Of a stretch of DNA of 31,520 nucleotides, positions 27,120-31,520 are shown one piece after another; the first letter of the stretch is position 1; each line of letters begins with the position of its first letter. The DNA is from Candidatus Rokuibacteriota bacterium (lineage in GTDB: Bacteria; Methylomirabilota; Methylomirabilia; Rokubacteriales; CSP1-6). Under the pieces are notes generated by a model that saw only the letters and a program-made list of their open reading frames with translations, made no database searches and had not been told where the DNA came from. Position numbers and translations under genes: made by a program. The stretch is from positions 1-31,520 of the forward strand of contig JACPCX010000115.1 in the NCBI GenBank assembly GCA_016184305.1. The letters run 5' to 3'.

Positions 27120-27122
27120 CTC

Positions 27123-27794
27123 GTGACCCAGAATGCTTCCGCCATCAGGACTGACATCTCCCGCCCGGCGGCCGAGGTGGTGCGCGCCTTCCGGGCTCTC
27201 TCGCCCACCACGCTCGCGGATGTGCTCGACCTCGGCTGCATCATGCGGATCGGCATCAATCCGCTCTGGCCCGGCATCCCGCGCATCGCCGGGCCCGCCT
27301 TCACGGTGCGCACGGCGCGGCACGACAACCTCATGCTCCACGCCGCCATCTACCTCGCCGAGCCCGGGGATGTGATCGTGGTGGCGGCCGGTGACGCGGA
27401 GATGGCCGTGGCGGGCGGCAACGTCTGCGCGGTGGCCCAGCGGCGTGGCGTCGTAGGCTTCGTCATCGACGGCGTGATCCGGGACGTGGCCGAGTCGCGC
27501 GCCAACGCATTTCCCGTCTTCGCCCGCGGTGTCTCGCCGATCCCCGGGGGCAAGGACGGGCCGGGAGAGATCAATGCGCCCATCACCTGCGGAGGCGTGC
27601 GTGTGACCCCGGGCGACGTCCTCGTGGCCGACGAGGAGGGAATCGTCGTGGTGCCGTGGGCGCGGGCGGCGGAGGTGCTGGCCAAGGCCCAGGCCAAGGC
27701 GGCGGCGGACGCGGCCGAGACGCTTGACACCTGGGAGAAGAAGCACCGGGCCCGCGTGGAGCTGACGCTCAAGGCCAAGGGGTATCGCCCCTGA
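27123..27794 (+). CDS. RraA/HMG-CHA aldolase family protein
   Basis: IAGPAFTV, DNL, GDVIVV, VIDGVIRD and PGDVLVADEEGIVVVP motifs. Confidence 0.88.
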   Translation: MTQNASAIRTDISRPAAEVVRAFRALSPTTLADVLDLGCIMRIGINPLWPGIPRIAGPAFTVRTARHDNLMLHAAIYLAEPGDVIVVAAGDAEMAVAGGNVCAVAQRRGVVGFVIDGVIRDVAESRANAFPVFARGVSPIPGGKDGPGEINAPITCGGVRVTPGDVLVADEEGIVVVPWARAAEVLAKAQAKAAADAAETLDTWEKKHRARVELTLKAKGYRP

Positions 27795-28585
27795 TGGATG
27801 CCGGCCTCTCGGTGATCCTGCTCGGGCTCCTGCTCGGAGTCCAGCACGCCACGGACCCGGACCACGTCGTCGCCGTCGCGACCATCGTGAGCCGGACCCG
27901 CCGCTTCGGCGCCGGCGCCGTGATCGGGGCGCTCTGGGGCGTGGGCCATACGGCGACCATCGCCGCCGTGGGCAGCGCCATCATTGTCTTCAAGGTGGCG
28001 ATCACGCCGGCGGTGGGGCTGTCGCTCGAATTCGCGGTGGCGCTGATGCTGATGGCGCTGGGCGCCGTGAGACTCGTCTCGGCCCTCCGCGAGTTGGATG
28101 CCGTGCCTCTGGCTCATCTCGGCGAGCCGCATCCCCATGCCGGCGAGCCCGCGTTCCACAGTCATCCCCACACCCACGGCAACACCGTTCACCGCCATGC
28201 CCACGTGCACCCCTCTCCGGCGCTGGCGCGCGCCCTGCAGACGGTCGGGGCCGCGCAGGCCCTCCGCTCGGTGGGCGTGGGGCTGGTGCACGGGCTGGCG
28301 GGAAGCGCGGCGGTCGCCCTGCTCGTGCTCTCGACCGTCGGGAGCCCCGAAGGCGCCGTGGCCTATCTCATCCTGTTCGGTGTCGGTACCATCGTGGGGA
28401 TGACCGCGATCACGGCGGTGCTCGCGGTGCCGTTCGCCGTGAGGGGTCGGTGGCTTGCCGGGGGGCGGCGGGCCCTGGCCATGGGGACGGGCCTGCTCTC
28501 GCTCGGGCTGGGCCTTTACCTCGCGTTCCAGATCGGCTTCGGGGACGGCCTCTTCCTGGGCGCCCCGGTCTGGATCCCGCGCTAA
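27794..28585 (+). CDS. Ni/Co transporter (HoxN/UreH/RcnA-like) with a His-rich loop
   Basis: HATDPDH, GVGHT, His-rich HSHPHTHG..HRHAHVH and GLVHGLAGSAA motifs. Confidence 0.87.
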   Translation: MDAGLSVILLGLLLGVQHATDPDHVVAVATIVSRTRRFGAGAVIGALWGVGHTATIAAVGSAIIVFKVAITPAVGLSLEFAVALMLMALGAVRLVSALRELDAVPLAHLGEPHPHAGEPAFHSHPHTHGNTVHRHAHVHPSPALARALQTVGAAQALRSVGVGLVHGLAGSAAVALLVLSTVGSPEGAVAYLILFGVGTIVGMTAITAVLAVPFAVRGRWLAGGRRALAMGTGLLSLGLGLYLAFQIGFGDGLFLGAPVWIPR

Positions 28586-29508
28586 CGGTGGAGGAGCTTG
28601 AGGACGCTGCGCGCGATGCCGTCGGGGTCGAGTCCGTGCTTGGCGTAGAGGCCCTTCTGATCGCCTGACTCGCCGAAGCCCGTGACGCCCAGGCGCCACA
28701 CCGGCGTGGGCATGACCTCGCTCAGCAGCTCCGCCACCGCGCCGCCGAGACCGCCGCGCACGCCGTGATCCTCCACGGTGACCACGCGCCCGGTCTTGCC
28801 CGCCGAGCCGAGGATGGTCTCCTCGTCCAGCGGCTTGATGGTGGCCACGTTGACCACTTCCGCATTGACACCCTCGGCGGCGAGCCGTCTCGCGGCTTCC
28901 AGGCAATTCCAGAGCGGGCCGCCCGAGGCGAGGATCGAGACGTCGTTGCCGGGGCGGAGGACCTCGGCCCGGCCGAAGCGGAAGCGGTAGCCGTCGGCGT
29001 GGACGGGCTCGAGGTTCTGGCGGGTGAGCCGCAGGTAGACGGGGCCGGGGTGCTCCACCGCCCAGGCCACGGCCTGCTTCGTCTCGATCTCGTCAGCCGG
29101 CTGGACGATCGGGATGTTTGGCAGGGAGCGGATGCAGGCGATGTCTTCCAGGCCCATCTGGGTGTAGCCGTCTTCCCCGATGGCGACGCCCACGTGGGTG
29201 CCCACGAGCTTCACGGGCGCCTGCGTGTAGGCCACCGACACGCGGATGGTCTCGAAGCGCCCGATCAGGAAGCAGGCGAAGGAGCAGGCGAAGGGGACGC
29301 GCCCGGTGAGCGCGAGTCCCGCGGCCATGCCGATCATGGTGGACTCGGCGATGCCCACGTTGAACGCGCGGGAGGGGTAGGCCCTGGCGAACTTCGCCGT
29401 CATCGTGGACTTGGACAGATCGGCGTCCAGCGTGACGATGCGCTGGTCCGCGGCACCCAGCTCCACCAGGGCTTCCCCGAAGGCGGCCCGCGAGGCCTTG
29501 GCCGGCAT
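28582..29508 (-). CDS. tkt: Transketolase, C-terminal subunit of a split enzyme
   Basis: R.AFGEAL, DADLSKST, GIAE, GEDGYTQ, KPLD and TVEDH motifs; start ATG 29508 (MPAKASR). Confidence 0.92.
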   Translation of the reverse strand: MPAKASRAAFGEALVELGAADQRIVTLDADLSKSTMTAKFARAYPSRAFNVGIAESTMIGMAAGLALTGRVPFACSFACFLIGRFETIRVSVAYTQAPVKLVGTHVGVAIGEDGYTQMGLEDIACIRSLPNIPIVQPADEIETKQAVAWAVEHPGPVYLRLTRQNLEPVHADGYRFRFGRAEVLRPGNDVSILASGGPLWNCLEAARRLAAEGVNAEVVNVATIKPLDEETILGSAGKTGRVVTVEDHGVRGGLGGAVAELLSEVMPTPVWRLGVTGFGESGDQKGLYAKHGLDPDGIARSVLKLLHR

Positions 29509-30404
29509 CACTTCTTGTCCAGTCGCTCGAGCTCGGCGACGATTGCCCGGGCCCAGTCGGGAAGGGGGTCGCCGAGGATCTCGTGGATGCCGCGGATCGC
29601 CTCGGCCGGCTTCGGGGCCTTGCCGTGCCACTCCGGGTCGTCCTCCATGAAGGAGACGCCCTTGCCCTTCACGGTGCGGGCCACGACGAAGGTCGGCTTG
29701 CCCTTGATGGCCTCGGCCTGGTCCAGCGCCTTGTCGATCTGGGCGATGTCGTGACCGTCGATGTCCACGACGGGCCAGCCGAAGGATTTCCACTTGTCCA
29801 CCATCGGCTCGAGGTCGAGGATCTTCTTCACGTGATCGTCGAGCTGGATCCCGTTGTAGTCGACGATCACGCAAAGGTTGTCGAGCGCGTGGTCCGGCTG
29901 GCCGAGCTTGGGCGCGGACATGGCCGCCTCCCACACCTGCCCTTCCTGGATCTCGCCGTCGCCCACGATGCAGTAGACGCGCGCGGTCTTGGCGGCGATC
30001 TTGAGCCCCAGCGCCATGCCGACGGCGATGGAGAGCCCCTGGCCGAGCGAGCCGGTCGCCGCCTCGATGCCGGGGAGTGCGACGCGGTCGGGATGGCCCT
30101 GGAGCGGACTGCCCAGCTTGCGAAGCGTGATGAGCTGGCGCCCCGGGAAGAAGCCCGCCTTCGCCATGCAGCAGTACTGGGCCGGGACGCAGTGCCCCTT
30201 GGAGAGCACGAGCCGGTCGCGGTCCTCCCAGGTCGGCCGCGCGGGATCGTAACGCATGCGGTTGAAGTAGAGCGTGACGAGGATGTCCATCACGGAGAGC
30301 GAGCCGCCCGGATGGCCGGAGCCGGCGTGGGTGAGCATCCGCAGGATCTGGACGCGGCACTCCCGCGCGATCTGCTGGAGCCGCGCGAGGTCGGCAGCGG
30401 ACAT
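29508..30404 (-). CDS. tkt: Transketolase, N-terminal ThDP-binding subunit of a split enzyme
   Basis: SGHPGGSLS, LSKGH, LQGHP, GSLGQG, GDGE..EG..WEA and KGKGV motifs; start ATG 30404. Confidence 0.94.
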   Translation of the reverse strand: MSAADLARLQQIARECRVQILRMLTHAGSGHPGGSLSVMDILVTLYFNRMRYDPARPTWEDRDRLVLSKGHCVPAQYCCMAKAGFFPGRQLITLRKLGSPLQGHPDRVALPGIEAATGSLGQGLSIAVGMALGLKIAAKTARVYCIVGDGEIQEGQVWEAAMSAPKLGQPDHALDNLCVIVDYNGIQLDDHVKKILDLEPMVDKWKSFGWPVVDIDGHDIAQIDKALDQAEAIKGKPTFVVARTVKGKGVSFMEDDPEWHGKAPKPAEAIRGIHEILGDPLPDWARAIVAELERLDKK

Positions 30405-31520
30405 CAGTCGGACCCCTCCATGACGCTCGAGATCTCGTCCACGTGGACCCCGCTCACGGCCATCTCCGGGGTGTACACGACCTCGTCGGCCGCCCAGACC
30501 AGAGTGCCCTTGGCCTCCTTGGCGATGCCGACGATGCTCTGGAGCAGCCGCGTGACGTTGTCGTTGATCCGGATGACGTTGGCTCGCATGGGCGCCGCGA
30601 TCCGGCCGTCCCGGATGATAAAGGAGTCTCCCACCACGGTGCAAGTGAAGTCGCCCGCGCGCAGCCCGTTGATCGGGTACGTGTACCAGATGCGGCCGAT
30701 GTAGAGCCCGTCCTTGACGGTGCGGATCAGCTCGTCGAGGGGGAGGGGATCGGCGCCCTCGACGATCACGTTGGAGGCGGCGACCCCGGGCTGGACGTCG
30801 AAGGCGCGCCCTCCGCCGCCCGCGTAGCGGAAGCCGTTCCGCGCCACGAGGGCGGGCGCGGCTGCTGCTCCACCCACGCCGAGCTTCTCGCGGAGGGCCG
30901 GATCCCGGAGCAGCCGCTGCCCGTCGTACCAGCTGGTGAGCAGTCCAACAAGCTCGCCGTTGCGGATCAGGTCGGTGCGCCCGGTGGGGAGCCCCTCGCA
31001 GGTGATGCCCTTGGAGCCCATGAGCCCGGGCACGGCCCCGCTGTCGTACACCGAGAGGCGCGGCGAGGCGACGGGCTTGCCGAGCTGTCCGAGAAAGGGT
31101 GTGCTCCCCGAGTAGAAGGCACCCGCGTGGCAGGCCGGGATCACGAGGTTGTTGAGGATGTCGGCCACCGGCTGCTTGCCGAAGACCACGGTGTAGTCGC
31201 CCGCCGGGACGCGCTCTCCGTCGATGGCCGCGATGGCGTTCTGCGCCGCCTCGACCCCGGCCTCGTCGGTGAAGTGGTCGAGGCGGATGCCCGTGGACCC
31301 GCCCGAGCCCTTGGCGTCGTAGGCCTCGACCATGGCGGTGACGGTTCCCATCATGAGCGTGGACTCGTCCGTCTGGGCCTCAACCAGATGGGTGGAGGCG
31401 ATGGCCATGCGCTCCTGGAGCATGGTGACATCGCCTCCCACGATGAATCCGAGGCGGCGGAGGCCGGCGTCGCCTCCGGCGAGGCCTGCCAGCCGGGAGG
31501 AGGCGAGGAAGGCGCCGAGG
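30404..31520 (-). CDS. TldD/PmbA-family protein, second PmbA-like paralog; 5' end lies beyond the window
   Basis: PAGDYTVVF, TCEGLPTGRT.LI.NG.L, GDFT and IRDGRI motifs; no HExxxH; frame stays open to the window end. Confidence 0.82.
   Translation of the reverse strand, partial: LGAFLASSRLAGLAGGDAGLRRLGFIVGGDVTMLQERMAIASTHLVEAQTDESTLMMGTVTAMVEAYDAKGSGGSTGIRLDHFTDEAGVEAAQNAIAAIDGERVPAGDYTVVFGKQPVADILNNLVIPACHAGAFYSGSTPFLGQLGKPVASPRLSVYDSGAVPGLMGSKGITCEGLPTGRTDLIRNGELVGLLTSWYDGQRLLRDPALREKLGVGGAAAAPALVARNGFRYAGGGGRAFDVQPGVAASNVIVEGADPLPLDELIRTVKDGLYIGRIWYTYPINGLRAGDFTCTVVGDSFIIRDGRIAAPMRANVIRINDNVTRLLQSIVGIAKEAKGTLVWAADEVVYTPEMAVSGVHVDEISSVMEGSD

Noticed and set aside
28582..28585. Overlapping convergent stop codons of the Ni/Co transporter and the transketolase C-subunit
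   Set aside because: Real, but a common result of compact gene packing.

Overview
High-GC (roughly 70% by eye), gene-dense bacterial chromosomal segment. The gene style and intergenic repeats are reminiscent of Ca. Rokubacteria/Methylomirabilota, but this is inference only. In order it carries: a PIN-toxin remnant; a TPP riboswitch and thiS-thiG-thiE-thiO; an M20 amidohydrolase; a CPBP membrane protease divergent from a BtuF-like protein; tldD-tldE-tatD-like-hydrolase; uppP and an enoyl-ACP-reductase-like SDR (minus strand); a CinA-like gene; a lipid-carrier glycosylation cluster (ArnT-like, methyltransferase, GT2, DUF2079-like); an HpcH aldolase-Nudix-redoxin-hydrolase-SDR-LMW-PTP run; hicBA; an ABC-2 exporter; an RraA-like gene; a Ni/Co transporter; and on the minus strand a split transketolase and a partial second TldD/PmbA-family gene. 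The best hidden signal is that ORFs 21296..21733 and 21755..22360 are one in-frame gene interrupted by a UGA at the redox-active position (ASW-U-G-C), followed by a SECIS-like hairpin, i.e. a probable selenoprotein. Next is a family of non-coding palindromic, MITE-like repeats that overlap stop codons, supply likely start codons, and in one case appear to replace the N-terminal metal-binding motif of TatD. All family calls come from motif recognition, not database searches.
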